This document shows, piece by piece, positions 48,657 to 60,721 of a DNA stretch of 64,000 nucleotides. The stretch lies in NCBI GenBank assembly GCA_963693365.1, contig CAVNZM010000015.1, forward strand, positions 5,774,624 to 5,838,623. The letters run 5' to 3'. Made by a program: the position numbers and the translations under genes. How positions within the stretch are numbered: position 1 is the stretch's first letter; every line of letters begins with the position of its first letter. The notes beneath the pieces were generated by a model. That model saw nothing but the letters and a program-made list of their open reading frames with translations, searched no databases and was not told the origin of the DNA. This DNA comes from Amoebidium appalachense (taxonomy: Eukaryota; Protista; Ichthyosporea).

Positions 48657-49580
48657 TGTTGTAATACGTATATTTACATATGGTAAGATCTTCTCAGTTT
48701 GTGTTATGTTTCAGTTCATATGCTTAGTGTAAAAGCTACACTCCTATTACGTAAAGTGTAGCATCGATCTCCGATATGCTTGTATACTTGTAATCGTCTT
48801 GTATCGGCTTTAATCGTGTGTTGTAATATCGATTAGAATATTTATATGTGTGTACACGGATCCACCCACTCAGGGAGAGACGTGTACATGTTCGTGTGTA
48901 CATAAATATCTCTGGTTATAGTTATGCTATTGCTATCTTGTTTGTTGATCTGTGCTCTCTTTTCCTTCCTCTTTCTCCTTCCTTATTTTCTTTTCTTTCT
49001 CTCTTTGTCTTCATGTGTATAATCGTATTTCTTTTCTACTAATATATGTTAGGTAGATTTGTGTTACTTAATACGTGTTCATTGGACGGTAACACACTTA
49101 GGCTACACTTAGAATAGCATGTGTGTTTAGACTTCATTAATTTACTTTAGTTTTCATGTGTTGCCGGGCTTTAACCAATCATCAAGGTTAAGTGTGATAT
49201 GTCTGAGTCTTTGCAGTATGTCATAGGTTAGAACTTCCTTGATGATGACACAAGTTGACCTTAACTAGTGTCTGTGTCCTATCGTGTGCGTCTCCGCGTA
49301 CCGGATCTCTCTGAAAGCAATTGGTTCTTAGTGATTGGTTTCTATTAGAGATAGATCTGATTTCCGACTGGTCGGAAATCATGTATGGATTGGACTTAGA
49401 GGAATTTCAGGTATTTATTCGAAGATCAGAATAAATTCAGTTCAGTCGTGCCTAAACATTGATGTCTGTTGTGTACACTGCTCCGATCGTTCCGTGTTTT
49501 GTTGTTGTGTGTGTCTGTGGTGTTTTCACACTGCACCACTGTGTCTCTGCTTACATCCCAAATACTTATACAATTTAACA
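48657..49580 (+). repeat. Copia 3' LTR
   Basis: TGTTGTAA...TTTAACA; matches the split 5' LTR. Confidence 0.95.
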
Positions 49581-51210
49581 CCTCCACCTGCCAACCTCCA
49601 AGACGGATGTACAGGCCCGAGGTGTCAACGTCACTCTAGCTGCCCTGCCCCTCACCCACTTCTCCCCAGCCCATCTCCTCCGGCAGTTCCTGGATACAAC
49701 GTCCGGTCAACCCGACGACCCCCTCTTCAGTCTCGGTGGCATCCCCTACACCAAGAGTGCTTTCTCTGCCGACTTCCGTGCCCTCCTCTCCCGGGCAGGC
49801 CTCTCACCCTCCCGGTTTGCCGGACACAGCCTCCGCATCGGGGGGGCCACAGCACTGGCTGAGGCCGGGGTCGACGACTCCCGGATCAAACAACTCGGCC
49901 GGTGGTCCTCCGACTGTTTCCTGATCTATACCCGACTTCGTCCGGCCTCCATTGCTGCCACTACCACACGTGTATTCGCCTCTATTCTTAAGTGAAACCT
50001 TTGGAGCAAGCATACTGCTCTCGTGCCGTGGTTTACAACCATTGCAGGTTCACTTTCGTCCAAAGGGATGTCCCCCTAGATGCAACACACGTCCCGGAGT
50101 AGTTTTCATAGAGGTTTTATTTGTGGAAATTATTGACATAAATATTTTTCTGGGTAAACACGTAGGATGGGTGTCCGATATCAACAGGCTTCGTTTCATG
50201 TTTTAGCAGTTCGCGTTCGGCTGCCCGCATACGGGCACCTATTAGCCGATCAAAACATCAGATTCCACAGATCACTAGACCGAGTTTGATTGGCTCAGGA
50301 TAAGATTTCACATAACACTAGATCGGTTTTGATTGGCTCAGTTCGGCAGCCTTAGGTATATAAGCACGACAATTTTTAGCAGATCAGCAAGCAACAACAC
50401 ATCTTCTGTGTTTAGCACCTACAGCTTTACAGCTATATTTTCTTTTTCACCCACCCACCTACACCCTACACTCAACCCCCATTGATCCCCACATACGTGC
50501 TGTTTTTTCACGGGGCGAAGACTTCCCCCGTTTTTTGGGCACAAGGACCTCACGGATCAATAAATTGATGACTGGGGGCCTGCCGTGGTTTACAACCATT
50601 GCAGGTTCACTTTCGTCCAAGGGGATGTCCCCCTAGAGGCAACACACGTCCCGGAGTAGTTTTCATAGAGCAGCAAATTCTCAACGGGCCAGCGGCATAT
50701 AAGAGCGACACATAGCTTAAAAAAACGTTAACAAACTATAACAATAAAATTAGTCGAAAATTATACAGATATAATATTAAGTTGATTCTGAACCTGTATA
50801 TAATGTATTTTGCTGATCAGTATACTTCTCTCTTAGGCGCGATGCACACGACGCCAGGATCTCGGTCTGCCCCCCTCGAATTGTCCATCTTCTAATGCGC
50901 AAAACATGTGATAGCAAAATGTCGTAGTATTACACGAGCAATCGCACAGCAAAATAACAAAAAGATAAAAGCCTTTGGCAAAAGAAAATTAATATTTGAT
51001 AGCTAAGTTCATGATCTTTGTAAACATTGGACAGGAATTCTTTTCAGAGCGACTCCTCGATTTCCTTCGTTCATTCTGCCCCCCTCCTGAGCAATGAGCT
51101 CTCCACCAGTCATTTGTCTCCCGGGCAAGCTAGTCATGTAGAAACTAATTCACTACATTATTTAATAAGGATATATTTATATACATATGTAAAAATATAT
51201 ATACTTGATT

Positions 51211-51213
51211 TAT

Positions 51214-51256
<43 letters not shown>
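51211..51256. repeat. (TA)n microsatellite
   Basis: Near-pure TA run. Confidence 0.9.
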
Positions 51257-51258
<2 letters not shown>

Positions 51259-53989
51259 GATATAAACCTGTTGTATTCCCGTAAAGTTTCTTTCATGCCC
51301 ACTTGCATTTGCTTGGGCAGTCATGATACAGTAGAGTACCGTCGGATACGAGGTAAACGGTGTCATGTGCGTGCTAATACGCATTTTAATCGTTACCTAA
51401 CAGCTTGAATCTTTTTGCAATTGTTTTTTTTTGCGCTCTATAGCACTGTTTTTTAGGCTAACTAATTTTTACTGTTGATCCATTTAGTTGACTTCGCTCT
51501 ACTTCCAAGCCAATGAGCAATCACGCCTGAACAATGTTTTAGACCAATGAAATCTTTGCGTGATCAGCTACAGGCTACAGCACCGTGGCATTGCGAATGC
51601 CGAACAACTACATAGGCTATGTACAGTGCACTGTACATGCATGCGCCATGCGCCAGTATTATATTTACATTATAATTACCTGAATGTATTGCATTTTAAT
51701 TGGAAATGTTTTTTTATAAATGATTTTTTTGGTTAAGTTAGTTTAATAAGACTTAGCCCGGATGGCCGGCCGTGTACATGCTGCGATATCATGCATGATC
51801 GGTCATGATCATGATATATACTATCACGTCTACAATAGTATGAAGATATGTGCTTGTGTACGTAGACCATCAGATAAAATTATTATGCCGTATATTGTGG
51901 TTTATGTGGTAATGGTCAGGGGCACCATTAGGAGGGTGGAAGTGCGCGGGGGGGGGGGGGGGGGGGGGGGGTACAGTGTATGTGGGCCGCGTGGGGGGAG
52001 GGAGGGCCGGCTGCGAGGCCGTCATGATCACGGGGGCGGCCTGTGCCGTAGGTGTGCACACGTTGTATACACGTGTATACGTACATGCGAGTTTAACACG
52101 CCAACGTGTGCACATGTGTACCGGGTATCCAACAATACGATTCGGGTATTCGAGTTACCTATTGAATGCCCGTTAGCGCCAGCACTGAACGCGTCTGTTC
52201 AGTCATTGAACAATATGCATGTTTTTCGTTGTGGTTTGTCTGGTTTGTTTACATTGCCTTTTTTGGTAGAGACGCGGCCGTATGGTGCGTGTATAGCCAA
52301 TGAACAACCAGAGCTATGCCGCGTAGACGGTGGGGCGTTCTAAGTAACGGCACGGGCGATTCACAATGATCCTTAATTTTTAGAAGAATCACGAGGGAAA
52401 AGCGGTGTGTCCCGTTATAAATTTATACACAATGGCGTCCCCTTTTAATGATTATCAGTGCCCCGTTTGCCAGCGGTCATCGTTCACGAGGAAACTGAAC
52501 TTCTTGCAGCATGTACGTGCGTGCGAGCAGGCCCAGCAGACTTGAATGTTCATCATTAGGTATTCACATATATTCCGCATGTGTTCCATATGTGTTCGTC
52601 TGACATTCATAAGGCATTCATGAATACATGGTGCCCGTTAGTGTTCATTGGAATGCCATACACGTGTACGAGTGTATCATTTAATGTTCTGACTGAATAT
52701 TCATGGTCGCGTTTTGGACAGTATATTCCAATAATATTCAAGTACACCCCGGGGGGGTTTGCTGATGTATTTAAATTTGAATATTTTCGATTGCAGCGAG
52801 AATGTGTTGCGAGAGCGTGCGAAAATGGGCCTATAACCTGTTGTTTTGTACGGGTCTAAGGGAGCAGAGTGCACAGAGGTGTCATGTAAAACACGACCAA
52901 CACAATAAAGAGAGGGCAATCGGAGTTGTTCACGACACATTGAAAGATTTGAAACAACAACTGATCCTTTATTGTGCTCTCGGTTCTTTTTGTACTTGCG
53001 ACTTATCATCTTATCCCAACTAAAGGGGGAGAACCAATCGGTTCTATCAGATGATAGAAAAACACATTCCGACAGAGCATACGCATTCCAAATTCCGACC
53101 TAACTAAAGTTTAGAAACTCTTACTTAAATAATTTAAGTAATTATATATCTTGTCACTATTAATGCACATATATATTTATACTCGTCTCTATCTTATGTA
53201 AATACATAAATTTCCTAATAGTCGACACTCTCAACTTGAAAGTGAAGACACATTACAAAAAACCGAATTCCATACATCTCTATTGTGTCCAATCACAACA
53301 CGTATATTAATAGACAGGAATGCACAACACGATCTATAGATGTAGTACTCGCTCGAGACTATTGGCGAGCCATCCTATTGAGAACTAAAACTAAGCCACC
53401 TTGAAATAAAACAAAGACAACGAAATGTAGCTATCACGCTACCTCTCAGATAAACAGAGGACTCGGAGCAAACAGAAATAAAATACAATAAGTTCTATCA
53501 GGCAAGAGAGCCAGGTGTGCACAGATCTACAGATATCTGTGCACACAGAAACAAGGTACTAGAGAGAGAGATACGGGGGGGGGGGGGGGGGGGGGGGAGA
53601 GAGAGAGAGAGAGAGAGCGAGAGAGAAGTAGAGAAAGAAAGAAAGCAGACACGAATACAAACAAAAGCTAAGACACATACATACTTCAAGACTCTTGCTG
53701 TCATACGTAGTGACGTATTCCAACAGCTTGACACGCAGAGATCTTACCATTGCACCAACCCGCCCCCCCAGCCAGTATGGCTATGTGGTGTGGGTAAAGC
53801 CACCCGTGGACAACTTCCAGCTTGCTTTCCAGTTCAGGCATCAGCAATCTCCACCGGGGATCGTATACCCCTCGTAATGCCATCTCCGATGGCGTAAACC
53901 TGTCACCCATCGTAAAGCACACCGCGAGTTCATATGGAGTGGTTGCACGACCTCTTTACGATAGTGTAAAGAGTTCCATGGGGTTAACG

Positions 53990-54540
53990 GAGCGTCTTAT
54001 GTATATACATTGGATATACGCTTTACGACATCCATAAACCCTCTTTACGACATCCATAGGGTTTATGGATGTCGTAAAGCGTATGTCATATGTATATCCT
54101 ATGTATATCCGATGTATATACATTGCACTATACATAGGATATCCAATGTATATACATTAGCACTATGCATAGGATATCCAATGTATATACATTGCACTAT
54201 ACATAAGATATCCAATGTATATACATTGCACTATACATAGGATAACCTATGTATATCCAATGTATAACCTATGTATATACATACGACTATACATAGAACA
54301 TACATACGAGAGCGTTACGAGGGGTCGGAAACCCATCGTAATCTTCACCATCCGAGTATCCAAACCCATCCCGTTGGATATCTTAAGTATATGTTTAGGA
54401 GCGGCTTAATACCATCGTAACCCATGACATATGATATACATCGATGTATTTTACGAATTACCAACCATATACACCTCGCGTTTGGATACATAGGGGGATC
54501 TGGACATCGATGGACTTTAAAAATTTCGCATAAATGTGCA
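53990..54540. repeat. Subterminal-type repeat cluster: 27-bp perfect inverted repeat plus a 34-bp tandem of about 4.5 copies
   Basis: IR arms 54016-54042 and 54058-54084; unit GTATATACATTGCACTATACATAGGATATCCAAT at about 54112-54270. Confidence 0.8.
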
Positions 54541-56898
54541 TCTATGAAAACTACTTCGGGACGTGTGTTGCCTCTAGGGGGACATCCCCTTGGACGAAAG
54601 TGAACCTGCAATGGTTGTAAACCACGGCAAGCCCCCAGTCATCAATTTATTGATCCGTGAGGTCCTTGTGCCCAAAAAACGGGGGAAGTCTTCGCCCCGT
54701 GAAAAAACAGCACGTATGTGGGGATCAATGGGGGTTGAGTGTAGGGTGTAGGTGGGTGGGTGAAAAAGAAAATATAGCTGTAAAGCTGTAGGTGCTAAAC
54801 ACAGAAGATGTGTTTGTTGCTTGCTGATCTGCTAAAAACTGTCGTGCTTATATACCTAAGGCTACCGAACTGAGCCAATCAAAATCGATCTAGTGTTATG
54901 TGAAATCTGATCCTGAGCCAATCAAACTCGGTCTAGTGATCTGTGGAATCTGATGTTTTGATCGGCTAATAGGTGCCCGTATGCGGGCAGCCAAACGCGA
55001 ACTGCTAAAACATGAAACGAAGCCTGTTGATATCGGACACCCATCCTACGTGTTTACCCAGAAAAATATTTATGTCAATATTTCCACAAATAAAACCTCT
55101 ATGAAAACTACTCCGGGACGTGTGTTGCCTCTAGGGGGACATCCCCTTGGACGAAAGTGAACCTGCAATGGTTGTAAACCACGGCACGAGAGCAGTATGC
55201 TTGCTCCAAAGGTTTCACTTAAGAATAGAGGCGAATACACGTGTGGTAGTGGCAGCAATGGAGGCCGGACGAAGTCGGGTATAAATCAGGAAACAGTCGG
55301 AGGACCACCTGCCGAGTTGTTTGATCCGGGAGTCATCGACCCCGGCCTCAGCCAGTGCTGTGGCCCCCCCTATGCGGAGGCTGTGGCCGGCAAACCGGGA
55401 GGGTGAGAGGCCTGCCCGGGAGAGGAGGGCACGGAAGTCGGCAGAGAAAGCACACTTGGTGTAGGGAATGCCACCGAGACTGAACAGGGGGTCGTCGGGG
55501 TGACCGGACGTTGTATCCAGGAACTGCCGGAGGAGATGGGCTGGGGAGAAGTGGGTGAGGGGCAGGGCAGCTAAAGTGACGTTGACACCTCGGGCCTGTA
55601 CATCCGTCTTGGAGGTTGGCAGGTGGAGGGTGGCATGGGACAAAGTACCGGTGGGGGTGTAGCTGAAGGTCACATCATTCCGTTTAACGTGACGGGACGG
55701 GTCAAAGGAAGTCAGGGTTTTGGAGGTAAATTCCCCCGAACGGAGGAGACCACAGAAACCGACGATGAGGGCCGTCCATAGCCGTAGATTGGCCGAGGAG
55801 GCCTTGGTGGGGCACTGGCCATGGAGTAGGCTGAGGTGGGAGGGCAGGAGGGGCTCCCTGGTGGATGATCGGGGTCGGATGTTGTGAGAAAGCTGCCATC
55901 TGCCCACCCCTCGGCGGAACCAGGCCAGAGACTTGTCGTGGGGGTAGGGAGCAGGGAGGCCCATGTCGAGGTGGAGTCTGGTGATGGCCGAATTGTAGCC
56001 GGCCAAGGAAGAGGCCTGTACCCCTCGTTGGGCACACCAGGCGAGAAAAAAGCTGCACGGTGTGGGGGGAGGCCGGGAGGGAGGACCCGGCGGAGGATTG
56101 CAGACGAGATGCCACACAAAAATCGATGAACACTTTTTGCACCCGGGAGTAAAAGGCCCGAGAGTCGAGGTTGAGACTCAGGGCCTGGCATTCCTGCAGG
56201 GTAGTGGTGGCACGAAGCAGCTCGGCCGGAGCAAAGTGGGGGGCCAATCGGCCAGCGTTGCTCCGGAAGAGGAGATCTGGGGGGGGGGGGGGGGGGGTGA
56301 GCCCAGGGGAAGGGATAGGAACTTGTGGACCCAGAAGGGGAAGGGGCAGGGCTCCGGTTGCAGGTAAGGTCGGAGGCGTCGGGTCCGGGGAAGTTGGTTA
56401 CGGAGGAGCTGCGCGGCGATTGATTGGGCTGGGTAGGGGGGCCAGCAGCTCCCGGAGGCGGGAGGTGTCAACGTGGTGCTGGGGCAGCGGGCGGGCCTCC
56501 GGGGCTGAGCCTCGGGGGAAGGGGTGGTTAGCAAGGGTGGGGCACCCTCGGGGAGATCCCGGCATCGGGGGGGGGGGGGGGGGGGGGGGGGGGCAGCAGG
56601 GCCCCGGGGGGTTGGAGTAGGGCAGCTGGGCCCGAGGGAGGGTTTGCAGGGAGGGCAGCGGGGCCCTGTGCAGGGGATGCCCGAGCACGCGCGGGTGTGG
56701 GCGTACACAGAGTTAGAAGAAGGGGGGGGGGAGGGAGTGCTAGGTGAGTGTAAGGGGGGGGAGGCTCGTGGGATGGGGGGGGGAGTAAAATTATGTGCAG
56801 TGGCCAGAATAACGTCTTTGTGTAGGGACATTTATTCGTGGTGCGCGCGGGCGCCGTAGTTGGCCTGCGAAAATTTTTTACTCAGCCCTAGTGCCCCG
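54541..56898 (-). mobile_element. Ngaro copy D, 5'-truncated, RT/RH deleted, YR retained
   Basis: B2, spacer, A2, B1 and YR are present; same RT/RH deletion junction as copy A. Confidence 0.9.
55215..56277 (-). CDS. Tyrosine recombinase of Ngaro D (one frameshift in a T-run)
   Basis: R-K-HxxR-W-Y motifs are intact. Confidence 0.82.
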
Positions 56899-57196
56899 CT
56901 GGCAAGCACTGTGGCACACACACACGCACACGCGTGCAAACAACCTTCCCTACCCCCACAACACGCCCCCCCCCGGGCCCCCCTCCCCCCCAATCCCCCC
57001 CCTCCCCCCCCCCCCCCCCCCCCTCCCCCCCCCCCCCCCCCCCCCACCCCTCCCCCCCCCCTCAACGACCACCACCTGTAGACTACTAGTACTAGTAGGT
57101 AGTACATGCACAGCTGCTGAAAATATCATGAACCCACTAGGGAACCACAACAATTTTAAAATCCAAAGTTGAACCCACCGTGACCTCACTAATGGC

Positions 57197-57624
57197 ATGA
57201 CAATGACACACCACATACCTCCACCCGACATTTTACCCATACACATGCGCATGCAGCCTTTCAAGGTGTTTGTCGTGGACGTTGGGGTGGCTGGAGTACC
57301 TCCTGTTGATGTTTTGTATCGCGACGCAGCAGACATCTTACAGCGGCTCTTGCTAAATCCGGCGCTCAAGCAGCCAGGTGCAATCAACTACCAGGTGAAA
57401 TTCCCAACTGACAAAGATGGCCACCGTGTGTACTATGACAACATGGACAGCGACTGGGCCATGAGGCAGGCTCTTGATATCCCGTGTGAGGCAACCCTGG
57501 GTTCTGTTTTGGTTTACTCTGACCAAACCCAGCTCACGGCCATGTCAACCCTAAAAGGCTACCCTGTCTACGTGTCATGTGGAAACATTGACAAAACGGT
57601 TCGATCAAAGGACTGCTTCAAGTA

Positions 57625-57668
<44 letters not shown>

Positions 57669-58413
57669 CCCCCCCCCCCCCAAAAAAAAAAAAACAAGAA
57701 TAAAAAACTCCCTCCACCTCTTTCTCCATAATGTGACGGTTGCCAGCTGAAGGAACACAGAATCCAATGGACATAGATTCGATGGCCAATGGTGATCACG
57801 TGTGATATCTATATGAATATCCTTACATGTCCAACGTACATACACTACATAACCAACAGGGTATACAAAGGATATCAATCATCCTAATGTACAATTAGAG
57901 CCACAATGCATATGGTTTTGGGAACAATTACCCGTATAGGGTATGCTCAAATGGATATCCAGTGCCACGGTTGACACCAACCCCTTACCCCCCCCCCCCC
58001 CCCCCCTGGGGCTCCAACCCCCCCCCCCCCCCCTCCCCTCCCCCCCCCCCCCCCCCCCCCAACAAAGCAACACCTCCTCCCCCCTATCCCGTCCCCCTAA
58101 TTCTCTTGTGCTCCCCCCTCCCCCCCCCCACCCTAACCCCCCTTTTTCTTCTTTCCACTTTCCGTAGACTACCCGTAGCTTACATACCAGAGCTGGAATT
58201 CAAGGAGAACATATCAGAGCCTGGCAAAGCTGCTGCACGTAACAAGCTGTTCCATCGTGTTTTGGACAAGGTCATAGGTGAGCCCCTGAGGGCCATGAAC
58301 GAGAACGGACGTTGGTTTTTCTGTAGCAGCGATGATAAGTGGCGGTTGTTTTACCCGCGTGTATCATACTATATCACCGACTGGCCAGAAGGACGGAAGG
58401 TGACGTGCACCAG
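57197..58413 (+). CDS. Plavaka-family (CMC/EnSpm-like) transposase fragment, two exons
   Basis: Exon ~57197-57621: YRDAADILQRLLLNP..RVYYDNMDSDW..YSDQTQLT..KGYPVYVSCGNIDKTVR. GT-AG intron 57622-58167. Exon 58168-58413: VAYIP..LFHRVLDKVIGEPL..YITDWPEGRKVTC. These match the recalled Plavaka pattern SDKTxL..YPVYLTIGNI..LFH..DYPE. Confidence 0.8.
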
Positions 58414-58442
58414 GTATGTGTGTGTCGGACCCCCCCCCCCCC

Positions 58443-58566
<124 letters not shown>

Positions 58567-58879
58567 GGTGGGTGGGTGGGTGGGTTGGACTAGGGAGGTA
58601 TGGGCCAAGTAACAGGGCTACAGCAAAGATACCGAAAAAAACCCCCTACGTTTACACCCGCAAAAGTTCTTTTTTCCTACATGTGCAACATCAACTACTC
58701 AGGGCGGTTTTATTTGTGGAAATTATTGACATAAATATTTTTCTGGGTAAACACGTAGGATGGGTGTTCGATACCAACATAACCATGTAGGCTTCATTTC
58801 GTGTTTTAGCAGTTAGCGGTTGGCTGCCCGCACACGGGCACCTATTAGCCAGTCAAAACATCAGATACCACAGATCACT

Positions 58880-58970
58880 AGACCGAGTTATGATTGGCTC
58901 GGATCAGATTTCACATATCACTAGATCGATTTTTGATTGGTTCAGATCGGTAGGCTTAGGTATATAAGCA
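58880..58970 (+). promoter_or_regulatory. Pol II-like promoter in repeat A
   Basis: Two reverse CCAAT boxes (GATTGG) followed by TATATAA at 58961-58967; conserved in the A repeats of all copies. Confidence 0.65.
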
Positions 58971-59094
58971 CGACAGTTTTTAGCAGATCAGCAAGCTACA
59001 AACACATCTTCTGTGTTTAGCATCCACAGCCTTACAGCTATATATTCCTTTTCACTCCTTTTCATTCTCCCTATCTTTCCCTACGCCGGTCAGC

Positions 59095-60264
59095 ATGCCG
59101 CCGAAAAAGCGCCAGGCCTCAGCCGCCGCCCCTGCCGCGGCACCTAAGCGCCTGACCCGCAGCGACCTCCGCCACAGGCTGACCAACGCTCCCGCGGACA
59201 CTGACGCGCCTCCAGCGGCCCATACCACCACGGACCCGGACCCGCCGGCTACTCTCCCCTCCACCCCTGAAGTCCCCCCTCAGGCCCCGCCGTCCCCGCA
59301 GATGACTTCTCAAGACGCCGTCCTGGCCGCCCTCACCGCCATCAGCACCCAGATGGCTGGCGTCCTGGCTGCTCTCACCAACCGCGACCCTCCCGCGCCC
59401 CCCGCCGCGCCCTCCACACCCGGGGAGGTTTCCCCGGGGCTGCATCTCGGCCCTGACCTTGACCTGCCTGCCCTGCCCGCGCCCCCCATCACAGGTGAGA
59501 ACACTGGCGACATTCAGCCGGGCACACTCCCGCTTCCCCCCGCGGATGTGCTGGCAGATTTGCGCGCCAATCGTTTCGTCGACCTGTATAAGTTCACCCC
59601 CGCCGCCCTCCTGGCCCCATCCAAGAAAGGTCAGCATCTGCGCATGGCCGACGACGGCAGCATCGAGACTTTTCGCCAAGACAAACCCGTTCCCCTGCGT
59701 TCACTCGTCATTTGGATCCAAGCTTGGACCCATTACATGGCCGCCAAGCACCACCTCGGCCTTCCCACGGACAAAGACGTACTTTGGACTCAGCACATCA
59801 CTCGCCTCAGCACCCGATACCCGTGGGCCCAGATCCACAACTATGACGTATACGCCCGCACCGTGGCCCACCAGCAATGTCGGGCTCCGATCGAGTGCCC
59901 CAACCTGCTCGCCCAACTCCACCAGGATCTCCTCCTGCCACCCACCCTGCTCATCCAGGACGCATGTCAGCGCTGTGGCTTCCCCGACCACCCCAGCGCG
60001 GCCTGCCCCATGTACCCCAAGCCCGGCTGTGGTCTTGACGGCTTTAAGCCGCCCCACAAGCCCGGCGGGGGTCACACCCCTAACCGCCCTGGCCCGCAAC
60101 CCGGCCCGGCCAAACCGGCCCGACCCGTGGATCTACCCGCGACGCACTGCAGGAATTTCCACATTAACGGTCGGTCCTGCGCTAAGCAGCCCTGCCCCTT
60201 CTCCCACGTGTGCCCGCTCTGCTCTGGCACACACCCCCGCAAAGACTGCAAGCACAATGCCTAG
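59095..60264 (+). CDS. gag: Ngaro gag-like ORF1
   Basis: 389 aa; NLS-like MPPKKR; CQRCGFPDHPSAAC and C-terminal CRNFH..C..CPFSHVCPLCSGTHPRKDC zinc fingers typical of Ngaro/DIRS ORF1. Confidence 0.9.
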   Translation: MPPKKRQASAAAPAAAPKRLTRSDLRHRLTNAPADTDAPPAAHTTTDPDPPATLPSTPEVPPQAPPSPQMTSQDAVLAALTAISTQMAGVLAALTNRDPPAPPAAPSTPGEVSPGLHLGPDLDLPALPAPPITGENTGDIQPGTLPLPPADVLADLRANRFVDLYKFTPAALLAPSKKGQHLRMADDGSIETFRQDKPVPLRSLVIWIQAWTHYMAAKHHLGLPTDKDVLWTQHITRLSTRYPWAQIHNYDVYARTVAHQQCRAPIECPNLLAQLHQDLLLPPTLLIQDACQRCGFPDHPSAACPMYPKPGCGLDGFKPPHKPGGGHTPNRPGPQPGPAKPARPVDLPATHCRNFHINGRSCAKQPCPFSHVCPLCSGTHPRKDCKHNA

Positions 60265-60512
60265 TCTACGCGCACACCCACACACACAGCTAGAACATAG
60301 GGGTTCGGAGCTAGGACACACGAGTACAGGGAAACGGAGCTCGGGAGAACGGGCCAATAGGGCTGAGTACAAAATTTCGCAGGCCAACTACGGCGCCCGC
60401 GCGCGTCAAGAATAAATGTCCCTATACAAAGACGTTTATTCTGGCCACTGCACATAATTTTACTCCCCCCCCCCCCCATCCCACGAGCCTCCCCCCCCTT
60501 ACACTCACCTAG

Positions 60513-60656
60513 CACTCCCTCCCCCCCCTTCTTCTACCGCTGTGTCCGCCCACACCCCCGCGTGCTCGGGCACATTCCCCTGCACAGGGCCCCGCTGCCC
60601 TCCCTGCCAACCCTCACTTGGGCCAAGCTGCCCTACTCTAACCCCCCGGGGCCCTG

Positions 60657-60721
<65 letters not shown>

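Larger units (their letters stand above)
37875..49580 (+). mobile_element. Full-length Copia LTR retrotransposon
   Basis: TG..CA LTRs of 924 bp: the 5' LTR is 37875-37968 plus 42878-43707, the 3' LTR is 48657-49580, and they are nearly identical. 5-bp TSD CCTCC (37870-37874, 49581-49585). Purine-rich tract at 48648-48656. Confidence 0.95.
33478..50669 (+). mobile_element. Ngaro copy B, full domain set, YR interrupted by a Copia
   Basis: A1 33478-~33830; gag 33887-35058; RT/RH ~35338-37179; YR ~37223-37874 plus 49586-49995; B1 50024-50112; A2 50113-~50450; B2 50581-50669. Confidence 0.92.

Noticed and set aside
50670-51000. Continuation of the Gypsy (chromodomain, or 3' LTR at TGTCGTA 50920)
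   Set aside because: No PPT, no similarity to 26500-27022, and no recognisable chromodomain motif.
51000-53700. Short ORFs such as 51762-52343
   Set aside because: No recognisable domain or consistent exon structure.
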